A stretch of 64,000 nt of DNA, taken from NCBI GenBank assembly GCA_963767925.1, contig CAVYGB010000008.1:160001-224000 (forward strand), given 5' to 3'. Within the stretch, counting starts at the first letter, position 1. Every line of letters starts with the position of its first letter. Position numbers and translations under genes: made by a program. Of this stretch, positions 47,827 through 56,698 are shown piece after piece. The notes below the pieces were generated by a model. The model was not told the origin of the DNA, searched no databases, and was given only the letters and a program-made list of their open reading frames with translations. Origin of the DNA: an uncultured delta proteobacterium. Its GTDB lineage: Bacteria; Myxococcota_A; Polyangia; Fen-1088.

Positions 47827-48194
47827 TCGCCTGCCTTCTCCTGCCGCTGGCCCGAACCAAACCCGTTCTGATGAAAGTATCGTCAGTTCCGCCTGCAAGT
47901 TGGACCCGCCGGCCGGGTCCGGGCGTTACCGTTCGGTGACGGCGGGTGTAGGTTTGATGAAACATCGAGCGGGCCTCCAGATGTCGCTGACATGCCGAAC
48001 CCTCCGACCGTGTGGCCGAAGGTCTTCCGGAACACACGCAGCGCTGTAGCTTCCCCTCCCCGGGCGACGTCGAAAGGTGCGACGATGGCCGCGGCGGGGA
48101 CGGGCGCGACGCGCCGTGTTCGCGCGCCACAACGCGTAGTAGAGAACGGCCCGGCATTGGTGTATGTCCGGGGAACTGAAACGGAGACCCGCTG

Positions 48195-49997
48195 GTGAAA
48201 CCGACGGATATTCGCGACCCGAATTACTTTCACAAAGTCGTCGATTGCCAGTATGCGTGCCCGGCACATACCAACGTTCCCGAGTACATACGGCTGATCG
48301 CTCAGGGTGAGTACTCGGAGGCGTACCTCCTCAACCGTGAATCCAACGTGTTTCCGGGAGTTCTCGGACGCACCTGCGACCGCCCCTGTGAGCCCGCCTG
48401 CCGCCGCACCCGGGTGGACGGCCAGCCGGTGGCCATCTGCCGCCTCAAGCGGGTGGCCGCCGACCTCAAGGACGACGTCCGCGACCGCCTACCGAAGGCC
48501 CCCGAGAAGAAGAACGGCAAGCGGATCGCCTGCGTTGGAGCGGGACCGGCCGCGCTCACCGTGGCCAACGATCTGGCTCCGCTCGGCTACCAGGTCACCC
48601 TGTTCGAGAAGCTGTCCGCCGCCGGCGGCCTCATGCGCTCGAACATCCCCTCGTTCCGCCTGCCGGCCGCGGTGCTCGACGAGGAGATCGGCATGGTCGT
48701 CGGCATCGGGGGGGTCGAGATCCGTTACAGCAGCCCGGTCGACAGCCTGAAGGGTCTGCTGGCCGAGGGCTACGACGCCATCTTCGTGGGCAGCGGCGCG
48801 CCAAAGGGCAAGGAGCTGGACCTGCCCGGGCGCAAGGAAGCCGGAGCCAACGTGCACATCGGCATCTCCTGGCTCGAGTCGGTGGCCTTCGGGCACATCG
48901 GCAAGATCGGGGAGCGGGTGCTCATCATCGGGGTGGGCAACACCGCGATGGACTGCTGCCGGACCTCGCGCCGGCTGGGCGGCAAGGACATCAAGGTGAT
49001 GGCCCGCCGCCCCCGCGGCTACTTCAAGGCCTCCCCCTGGGAGCTGGAGGACGCCGAGGAGGAGCAGATCGAGATCATCATCAACCACGCGCCCAAGTCC
49101 TTCGTCGTGGAGGAGGGGAAGCTGCGGGGCATGATGTTCGACCGCCTCGAGTGGACCCCCGACGAGAAGGGCCAGCTCACCAGGTCCAAGGTTGTCGAGA
49201 CCGTCTTCATCCCCGCCGACGACGTCATCCTGGCCATCGGGCAGGAGGCGGCTTTCCCCTGGATCGAGCGGGACATCGGCATCGAGTTCGACCCCCGCAC
49301 CGGTATGCCGGTGGTGGACAAGAAGACCCATCAGGCCAGCCGGCCGGGGATCTTCTTCGGAGGCGACGCCGCCTGGGGCCCCGAGAACATCATCTGGGCG
49401 GTGGCCCACGGCCACCAGGCTGCCATCTCCATCGACCGGCACTGCCAGGCGATCCCCCTCGAGGACCGGCCCAAGCCGGGCATGACCCTGGCGAGCCAGA
49501 AGATGGGGATCCACGAGTGGAGCTACTCGAACGACTACAACGTCGCCAGGCGCCAGAAGATGAAACACGTCGATCTGGCCGAGCGCTTCGCCAAGCTCAC
49601 CGTGGAGGTCGAGAAGGGCTTCGACGCCGAGCAGACCGCCCGGGAGGTCGAGCGCTGTCTCAACTGCGACATCCAGACCGTGTTCGCCGCGCCCAAGTGC
49701 ATCGAATGTGATGCCTGCATCGACATCTGCCCGGTGCACTGCCTGACTATAACGCCCGACGCTGAAGAGCAGCAGCTCCGGCCGCTCCTCACCGTCCCGG
49801 CCCTCAACCCCAAGCAGGATCTCTACGTCTCCGACGGATTGCCGCAGACCAAGCGGGTGATGGTGAAGGACGAGGATCTCTGCGTGCACTGCGGGCTATG
49901 CGCCGAGCGTTGCCCGACGGCGGCGTGGGACATGCAGAAATTCGAGCTCGTCGTACCGTATGCAGGCAAGGCCTCCGAGAGGACGGCCCGGTCCTAG
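48195..49997 (+). CDS. GltD-like FAD/NAD(P) oxidoreductase with N- and C-terminal [4Fe-4S] motifs (KorC-like)
   Basis: CQYACP, CDRPCEPAC, GAGPA, GVGNTAMD, CIECDACIDICP, CVHCGLCAERCP. Confidence 0.88.
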   Translation: MKPTDIRDPNYFHKVVDCQYACPAHTNVPEYIRLIAQGEYSEAYLLNRESNVFPGVLGRTCDRPCEPACRRTRVDGQPVAICRLKRVAADLKDDVRDRLPKAPEKKNGKRIACVGAGPAALTVANDLAPLGYQVTLFEKLSAAGGLMRSNIPSFRLPAAVLDEEIGMVVGIGGVEIRYSSPVDSLKGLLAEGYDAIFVGSGAPKGKELDLPGRKEAGANVHIGISWLESVAFGHIGKIGERVLIIGVGNTAMDCCRTSRRLGGKDIKVMARRPRGYFKASPWELEDAEEEQIEIIINHAPKSFVVEEGKLRGMMFDRLEWTPDEKGQLTRSKVVETVFIPADDVILAIGQEAAFPWIERDIGIEFDPRTGMPVVDKKTHQASRPGIFFGGDAAWGPENIIWAVAHGHQAAISIDRHCQAIPLEDRPKPGMTLASQKMGIHEWSYSNDYNVARRQKMKHVDLAERFAKLTVEVEKGFDAEQTAREVERCLNCDIQTVFAAPKCIECDACIDICPVHCLTITPDAEEQQLRPLLTVPALNPKQDLYVSDGLPQTKRVMVKDEDLCVHCGLCAERCPTAAWDMQKFELVVPYAGKASERTARS

Positions 49998-50028
49998 CGA
50001 TCCCCTGCGACCTTTGCGGAAACAGCGC

Positions 50029-51864
50029 ATGCACCAGGAACAACTCGTCCGGACGAACGACTTCGCGGTCAAGCTCGCCAACGTGAACGGGACCGGGTCG
50101 GCCAGCGCCAACGGCCTGCTCATGCAGGCCATCTTCCGCATGGGGATCCCGGTCTCGGGCAAGAACCTGTTCCCCTCCAACATCCAGGGGCTCCCCACCT
50201 GGTACGAGATCCGGGTCAACAAGGACGGCCACACCGCCCGGGCCCTGGACTACGACCTCATGGTGGCGATGAACGCGGAGACCTACATCCGCGACGTGGC
50301 CGAGGTCAAATCGGGCGGCTTTCTCCTCTACGACTCGAGCTGGCCGCTGCCCCGGGCGCTGCTCCGCTCCGACGTGGAGTTCCTGGGCGTGCCCCTGGCC
50401 CACCTGTGCAACGAGGCCTTCGGCGAGCCGCGCGAGCGGATCCTCATGAAGAACATCGCCTACGCCGGCGTGCTGGTGGCGCTGCTCGACATCGACATGG
50501 CGGTCATCGAGGGCCTCCTCGAGGAGAAGTACGGCCGCAAGAAGGCCCTCATGGACTCGAACCACAAGGCCATCCGCCTGGGCTACGACTTCGCCATCGA
50601 CAACCTCCCCTCGCCCCTGCCGATCCGGCTGCAGAAGATGAACGCCTCGGTGGACAAGATCCTGATCGACGGCAACACCGCCACCGCCCTTGGCTGCCTG
50701 TACGCGGGGGCCACGGTGGCCGCCTGGTACCCCATCACCCCCGCCACCTCCGTGATGGACGCCTTCAAGGGGCTCTGCGACAAGTTCCGCAAGGACCCCG
50801 AGACCGGCAAGAAGAACTACTGCATCCTCCAGGCCGAAGACGAGCTGGCCGCCATCGGCATGGTGATCGGGGCCGGCTGGAACGGAGCTCGCTCCTTCAC
50901 CTCGACGGCGGGCCCCGGCATCTCGCTCATGAACGAGCTCATCGGGCTGGCCTACTACGCCGAGGTGCCGGCGGTGATCATCGACGTGCAGCGCACGGGC
51001 CCCTCGACCGGGATGCCCACCCGCACCCAGCAGGCCGACATCCTGAGCTGCGCCTACGCCTCCCACGGCGACACGAAACACGTGTTGCTCTTCCCATCCA
51101 ACCCCAACGAGTGCTTCCACTTCGCGGTCAAGGCCTTCGATCTGGCCGAGCGTTTCCAGACCCCCGTGTTCATGTTGACCGATCTCGACATCGGCATGAA
51201 CGACTGGGTCGTCCCCAAGCTCGAGTGGGACGACAGCTACCGGCCCGATCGGGGGGTGGTGCTCACCGCCGAGGATCTGGAGAAGATGGAGCGCTTCTTC
51301 CGCTACTCGCCGGCCGACGAGAACCACGTCGCCGCCCGCACCTTGCCCGGCGTCCATCAGAAGGGGGCCTACTTCATCCGCGGCTCGGGGCACAACCGCT
51401 TCGGCGCCTACACCGAGGTGCCCGACGAATACCAGGACGTGGTCGACCGCCTGTCGCGCAAGCACAAGGCCGCGGCCCGCTGGGCCCCTCCGCCCATCAT
51501 CGAGACCCAGCCGGGGGCCACCTTCGGCCTGGTGACGCTGGGGGGCTGCGACGCCGCGGTCCGCGAGGCCATGGTCGAGCTGGACCGGCGGGGGCTGCGC
51601 GCCGACTACATGCGCGTGCGGGCCTTCCCCTTCGACGAGTCGGTCGAACGTTTCCTCGAGTCCCACCCCCGCAACTTCATCATCGAGCAGAACCGGGACG
51701 GTCAGCTCCGCACCCTGATGGTGGTGGAGACCCCGGTGGCGAAAGACAAGCTCGAGTCGATCCTCGTCTACGGCGGCTTTCCGCTGAGCGCGAAGCACGT
51801 GGTGGAAGCGGTGACCGCGCGCCTGGGGCAACAGGCGCAAAAGCCGCAGGAGCTGGCCTCATGA
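50029..51864 (+). CDS. korA: 2-oxoacid:acceptor oxidoreductase alpha subunit
   Basis: NGTGSASAN, WYPITPATS, QAEDELAA, QRTGPSTGMPTRTQQAD. Confidence 0.9.
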   Translation: MHQEQLVRTNDFAVKLANVNGTGSASANGLLMQAIFRMGIPVSGKNLFPSNIQGLPTWYEIRVNKDGHTARALDYDLMVAMNAETYIRDVAEVKSGGFLLYDSSWPLPRALLRSDVEFLGVPLAHLCNEAFGEPRERILMKNIAYAGVLVALLDIDMAVIEGLLEEKYGRKKALMDSNHKAIRLGYDFAIDNLPSPLPIRLQKMNASVDKILIDGNTATALGCLYAGATVAAWYPITPATSVMDAFKGLCDKFRKDPETGKKNYCILQAEDELAAIGMVIGAGWNGARSFTSTAGPGISLMNELIGLAYYAEVPAVIIDVQRTGPSTGMPTRTQQADILSCAYASHGDTKHVLLFPSNPNECFHFAVKAFDLAERFQTPVFMLTDLDIGMNDWVVPKLEWDDSYRPDRGVVLTAEDLEKMERFFRYSPADENHVAARTLPGVHQKGAYFIRGSGHNRFGAYTEVPDEYQDVVDRLSRKHKAAARWAPPPIIETQPGATFGLVTLGGCDAAVREAMVELDRRGLRADYMRVRAFPFDESVERFLESHPRNFIIEQNRDGQLRTLMVVETPVAKDKLESILVYGGFPLSAKHVVEAVTARLGQQAQKPQELAS

Positions 51865-52910
51865 CCAAGAAACCGCCCATCATCCACCCCAGCCTGCGAG
51901 CCAACAAGCTCGGCCTCACCATCCGGGACTACGAGGGGTCGATGTCGACCCTCTGCGCCGGCTGCGGCCACGACTCGGTCACCGCCGCCATCGTCCGCTC
52001 CTTCTGGGAGCTGGAGATCGCCCCCCACATGGTGGGCAAGCTGTCCGGCATCGGCTGCTCCTCGAAGACCCCCACCTACTTCGTGAGCGGGGCCCACGGC
52101 TTCAACTCGGCCCACGGGCGGATGCCCGCCATCGCCGCCGGGGCGTCCGCCGCCAACCGGCAGCTCACCTACATCGGCATCTCGGGCGACGGCGACTCGC
52201 TGTCGATCGGGCTGGGCCAGCTCTGCCACGCCATCCGGCGCAACGTCGACATGTTGTATCTCATCGAGAACAACGGGGTGTACGGCCTCACCAAGGGACA
52301 GTTCTCCGCCTCCGCCGACGTGGGCAGCAAGAGCAAGAAGGGGGAGGCCAACCAGATGAACCCCATCGATCCGGTGATGACGGCGCTCAACCTCGGCGCC
52401 AGCTTCGTCGCCCGCAGCTTCTCGGGCGACAAGCAGCAGCTCGTTCCCCTGATCAAGGCCGGGCTCACCCACCGGGGCTTCGCCCTCATCGACGTCATCT
52501 CGCCCTGCGTGACCTTCAACGACCACGACGGCTCGACCAAGGCCTACCGCTTCACCCGCGAGCACAAGGTCGAGGTGACCACCACCGACTTCGTGCCGCT
52601 GCGCCGGGAGATCCAGGCCCAGATCGCCGAGGAAGGCCCCACCAGCGTCACCATGCACGACGGCAGCGTGGTGCGCTTCAGCCGGGTGGCGCCCGACTAC
52701 AACCCCCGCGATCGGCAAGCGGCCTACGGTTACCTCCAGGCCAGCCAGGCGCGGGGCGAGGTGCCGACCGGCCTGCTCTACATCGACGAGGGCGCTTCCG
52801 AGATGCACGCCCTCAATGACACGACCGCCGTCCCGCTCTCGCAGGTCCCCTACGAGAAGCTCTGCCCTGGCAGCGCCGCCCTGGAGAAGCTCCAGAAGGC
52901 GTTTCGCTAG
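51861..52910 (+). CDS. korB: 2-oxoacid:ferredoxin oxidoreductase beta subunit (TPP-binding)
   Basis: CAGCGH, SGIGCSS, GDGD, NNGVYGLTKGQ, SPCVTFN; ATGA overlap. Confidence 0.92.
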   Translation: MTKKPPIIHPSLRANKLGLTIRDYEGSMSTLCAGCGHDSVTAAIVRSFWELEIAPHMVGKLSGIGCSSKTPTYFVSGAHGFNSAHGRMPAIAAGASAANRQLTYIGISGDGDSLSIGLGQLCHAIRRNVDMLYLIENNGVYGLTKGQFSASADVGSKSKKGEANQMNPIDPVMTALNLGASFVARSFSGDKQQLVPLIKAGLTHRGFALIDVISPCVTFNDHDGSTKAYRFTREHKVEVTTTDFVPLRREIQAQIAEEGPTSVTMHDGSVVRFSRVAPDYNPRDRQAAYGYLQASQARGEVPTGLLYIDEGASEMHALNDTTAVPLSQVPYEKLCPGSAALEKLQKAFR

Positions 52911-53098
52911 CCGGGCCCGAAGCGCCGGCGAAGAGAAGGGCCGGGCGCGCCGGCGCCGTGCCCCCCGACGGGCACCAGCTAACTTGTGGCAGTGCGCACG
53001 GGGTAATGCGCGGCGTCTGCGGAGCCGTGTGCAGAATGCTCCCCACGGCTCGTTTCTGAGATATCGTCGCCCATCGTGATCGAGCACGGAGGCAGCGC

Positions 53099-54502
53099 AT
53101 GACGAAGCTTGGGTTCCCCGTCCTCCTCGTTTCGGCAGGTCTCTCGCTGGTCGCGGCGCCCGGGCGGGCCGCCGCCCAGACCGCACAGGAGCTCACGGTG
53201 CAAAGTGGTCCCACCCACCGCGATTTTCGCCTCGAGCTGGGCGTCGTGGGCGGCGGTCACTACTTCAACAGCGAGCACACCCTGGGCCGCAGCGACATCG
53301 ACCCGGCCGAGCGATCGCCTTACCACGCGGGCACCTTCGGCGTCGGGCTCGGATTTCACCTGGGCCGCTACATCACCCTCGAGGCCGAAGGCCTGGCCTC
53401 GCGCACCCGGACGCGCGACGCGGCCACCGACCTCTGGATCTTCCAGCTCGGCGGTCACCTGCGCCTGCACCCGCACACCGAGGGGGCCTTCCAGCCCTAC
53501 CTGATGCTCGGCTACGGCGCCATCGGGTCGCTGGTCGACGACGAGGGGATCGAGCCCGACGATCAGGACGGGGTGGGGCGGGCCGGGCTGGGGGCGCGTA
53601 TCCGACTTTCCGAGCGGGTCGGCTTCCGGCTCGAAGGCCGGGTGCAGAGCTCGCTGGCCTTCGCCTCGAAGGTGTTCTCTATCGGCGACGAGACCTCTTA
53701 CGGCGGCCCCGACTTTCTCGGCCTGCTCACCGTCTTCGTCAACCTGGGCGAGCAGCCCTCCCGCCTGACACGGGAGAAGATCTTCATCCAGGACGATGCG
53801 CCCTTCCCCGATCCCGACCGGGATGGCCTGCACACCCGGGGCGACAAGTGTCCCAACGAGGCCGAAGATCCCGACGGATTCCAGGACGACGACGGCTGTC
53901 CGGATCTGGACAACGACGCCGACGGCATCGCCGACGCCAAGGACCGCTGCCCCCTGCGTCCCGAAACGCGCAACCAGATCGACGACCTGGACGGCTGCCC
54001 CGAGACCGACGACGACGGCGATGGCCTGATCGGGTCGCTCGACCAGTGCCCGGCCGCGGCCGAGACGAAAAATGGCTTCAAGGACGGGGACGGCTGCGCC
54101 GACGACCTGCCCGACCCGGTCAAGAGCGTGGTGGGGGTGATCGACGGCATCAAGTTCCGGGGCCTCACCGCCCAGCTCCTCGGCACCTCGCTGGGGACCC
54201 TCGACCGCATCGCCGACGTGCTGAAGGAGTTCCCCGACATCAAGGTCGAGATCGCCGGCCACACCGACGGGCGGGGTCGCGAGGATGTCAACCGGGAGCT
54301 GTCGCAGCAGCGCGCCGAGGCGGTGCGGGAGTACCTGGTCAGCCGGGGCACCGCCCGCGAGCGGGTGAGCGCGATCGGCCATGGTATGGATCGCCCCATC
54401 GCCACCAACCGCACCCAGGCCGGCCGGGCCAGCAACCGCCGGGTCGAGCTGAAGATAGCGGTGGGGCAGGCCGGGTCGCCGCCGACCAGCGCCCTGCCCT
54501 GA
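53099..54502 (+). CDS. Outer-membrane beta-barrel, TSP3-like Ca-binding repeats and OmpA C-terminal domain
   Basis: Signal peptide; amphipathic strands; DKCPNEAEDPDGFQDDDGCPD repeats; GHTDGRG, LSQQRAEAV, NRRVE. Confidence 0.9.
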   Translation: MTKLGFPVLLVSAGLSLVAAPGRAAAQTAQELTVQSGPTHRDFRLELGVVGGGHYFNSEHTLGRSDIDPAERSPYHAGTFGVGLGFHLGRYITLEAEGLASRTRTRDAATDLWIFQLGGHLRLHPHTEGAFQPYLMLGYGAIGSLVDDEGIEPDDQDGVGRAGLGARIRLSERVGFRLEGRVQSSLAFASKVFSIGDETSYGGPDFLGLLTVFVNLGEQPSRLTREKIFIQDDAPFPDPDRDGLHTRGDKCPNEAEDPDGFQDDDGCPDLDNDADGIADAKDRCPLRPETRNQIDDLDGCPETDDDGDGLIGSLDQCPAAAETKNGFKDGDGCADDLPDPVKSVVGVIDGIKFRGLTAQLLGTSLGTLDRIADVLKEFPDIKVEIAGHTDGRGREDVNRELSQQRAEAVREYLVSRGTARERVSAIGHGMDRPIATNRTQAGRASNRRVELKIAVGQAGSPPTSALP

Positions 54503-54592
54503 GCGGTCCCGCGCCTCCGGCGGGAGACCACAAAGGCGAGCGGACGGCCGCCCGACCGGGGTGGGTCAGGGGCGCTCCCGCCGGGCGGGTGC

Positions 54593-56041
54593 TCAGGGCG
54601 TGTGGGCCCGGGGCTCGGCGCCCCAGGTGGCGTCGTCGGGGGCAGAGGCGGGGCGGGCGGTCAGGGGCAGGCGCAGGTGGAAGGTGGTGCCCTTGCCCAT
54701 CTCGGTCTCGAAGGTGATGGTGCCGCCGTGTTTTTCCACGACCACCGAGCGGGCCAGGGCCAGCCCCTGGCCGGTCCCCTTGCCCACCCCCTTGGTGGTG
54801 AAGAAGGGATCGAAGATGCGATCCCGGATCTCCTCGGGGATGCCGGTGCCGGTGTCGGCGATGGAGACCACCACCTGATCCCCCTCCATGCGGGTCGCCA
54901 CCCGGATGCACCCCCGCCCCGCGGTGGCGCCCACCACGTCGGCGATGGCGTGGGCGGCGTTGACCAGCAGGTTGAGGAACACCTGGTTGAGGTCACTCAG
55001 ATAACAGGGCACCGGGGGCAGGGGGGCCAGGTCGGTCTGGACCTCGGCCACGTATTTGAGCTCGTTCGTCGCCACCGTGAGCGTGCTCCGCATGGCGGCG
55101 TTGAGGTCGGCGGGGCTCTTCTCCCCCCGGTCGGGGTGGGCAAAGCTCTTCATCGCCTGCACGATGTGGGCGACCCGGCGGGCGCCGTCGAGGGTGGCGG
55201 CGATCGAGCGGGGCACGTTCTCCCGCAGATAGGCCAGATCGGCCGCCTCTTCGGCCTCGGCCAGGCGGACGCGGTCCTCCGGCCCCAGCAGCCGGGAGGC
55301 CGCCTCGTCGCACAGGCTTCGGTAGAAGTTGCACAGGGTCAGCAAATCGCTGAAGGCCGAGCTGAGGAAGCTCACGTTGTCCCCCACGAACTGGATGGGG
55401 GTGTTGATCTCGTGGGCGATGCCCGCCGCGAGCCGCCCCACCGACTCGAGCTTCTGCGAGTGGCGCAGCTCGACCTCGAGGCGGTTCCGCTCGGTCACGT
55501 CCTCGACGACGATGAGGATCTGCTGGACGATGCCCCGCTCGTCGTGGACGCCGGCGGCGACGAACTTCGTGAAGACGGTGGCCCCGCCCTGATCGACCAG
55601 GCGCCGCTCGCAGCTCAGCAGGCTGCGACGGCCGCTGCTCACCTCGGCGAACATCTGCCGGGTGGGGGCCTCCTCCTGGGGATGGACGAACCCCGGCAGG
55701 GGGCGTCCCGTCATGTCGGCCGGCTCCAGCCCGACGATCTTCGACAGGGCGCTGTTGGTCATGACGATGGTCCCATCGAGCTCGAGGCGGGCCAGGCCGA
55801 CCGGCGCCGCCTTGAAGATCTGGGCGAGCTGATCGCGCTCGACGACGAGGTTGGCGTTGAGCTGCCGCATCTCCCGGGAGGAGAAGGCGAACGAACGCTT
55901 CATGAGGAAGCGAAGCTGTTCGGCCTCGGCATAGCTCCGGCTGATGTCGGTCAGGAGCTGTCGCCACACCTCTTCCGTGGGAGGACGGCCGGCGTCCAGA
56001 CCGAGCGTGTGCAGGAGGTTGACGAGTTCGCTGTGAAACAT
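54593..56041 (-). CDS. Cytoplasmic PAS histidine kinase
   Basis: PAS (FVHPQE, EDVTER), IAHEINTPIQF, GKGTGQGL. Confidence 0.92.
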   Translation of the reverse strand: MFHSELVNLLHTLGLDAGRPPTEEVWRQLLTDISRSYAEAEQLRFLMKRSFAFSSREMRQLNANLVVERDQLAQIFKAAPVGLARLELDGTIVMTNSALSKIVGLEPADMTGRPLPGFVHPQEEAPTRQMFAEVSSGRRSLLSCERRLVDQGGATVFTKFVAAGVHDERGIVQQILIVVEDVTERNRLEVELRHSQKLESVGRLAAGIAHEINTPIQFVGDNVSFLSSAFSDLLTLCNFYRSLCDEAASRLLGPEDRVRLAEAEEAADLAYLRENVPRSIAATLDGARRVAHIVQAMKSFAHPDRGEKSPADLNAAMRSTLTVATNELKYVAEVQTDLAPLPPVPCYLSDLNQVFLNLLVNAAHAIADVVGATAGRGCIRVATRMEGDQVVVSIADTGTGIPEEIRDRIFDPFFTTKGVGKGTGQGLALARSVVVEKHGGTITFETEMGKGTTFHLRLPLTARPASAPDDATWGAEPRAHTP

Positions 56042-56186
56042 GGGGCCGGAACGCCGCCGGGCTGACCAACCTGAGAGAGACTCGGCAGCAACCGGCGGAA
56101 GCTCAAGCTCGCCCCGCCCGAGATCGTCAGGATGGGTGCGCGGGTAGGCAGGTGTGGGGGCCGGCTGTGGCCCGACGGTGACGGCC

Positions 56187-56435
56187 TCAGGGGGTCTGAG
56201 TCGCCAGCACGTGCGAATCGGCGTAGGTGATCGAGAAGCCGTTGTCGGCCTTTGCCTCGCCGAACTCCAGGCGCAGGCGCTTCTTGGCCGGGCGGGGCAG
56301 GGCGGTAATCTCGGCCTTGGGGACCGTCCAGAACGTGGGCCGCCGGCGCAGCGCTCGGCCCATGGTGCTCTTGCGATACACGGCCAACACCAGGATCGAT
56401 CGCGAGATCACCTTCTCCGCGGTTCGTTTCTTCAT
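56187..56435 (-). CDS. Small basic hypothetical protein (82 aa)
   Basis: MKKRTAEKVISRSILVLAVYRKSTMGRALRRRPTFW...; G/C-biased third codon positions; no SD. Confidence 0.5.
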   Translation of the reverse strand: MKKRTAEKVISRSILVLAVYRKSTMGRALRRRPTFWTVPKAEITALPRPAKKRLRLEFGEAKADNGFSITYADSHVLATQTP

Positions 56436-56698
56436 GGATGGCTCAATGGTTCTTTTAGCACCGACCTGCCCGCGACGAAAATACGTCTGCGCGCCACGTC
56501 GAGCCGCTCTGGACCGACCCACCTCGACAACGCCCGGCGCCCCCGGGCCGTGGCCGCCCGGAGGGAGCCGAGAAGACCAGCCGGGAGACCGATGCCGCGA
56601 CCGTAGCGGTCGACGCTGTGTGTAGCGAACGTTTTCATCCGGTTTCCTCCCCAGTTGGCGCTTGCGACCGTCGGAGATTTCGACGAAAAGCAGGTCTC

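Noticed and set aside
47954..47968. FNR box upstream of the kor operon
   Set aside because: TTGAT-N5-ATCGA has the wrong spacer length and a mismatch.
53099..54502. TraB of myxobacterial outer-membrane exchange
   Set aside because: The barrel-TSP3-OmpA architecture is shared by many paralogs, and no traA lies upstream.
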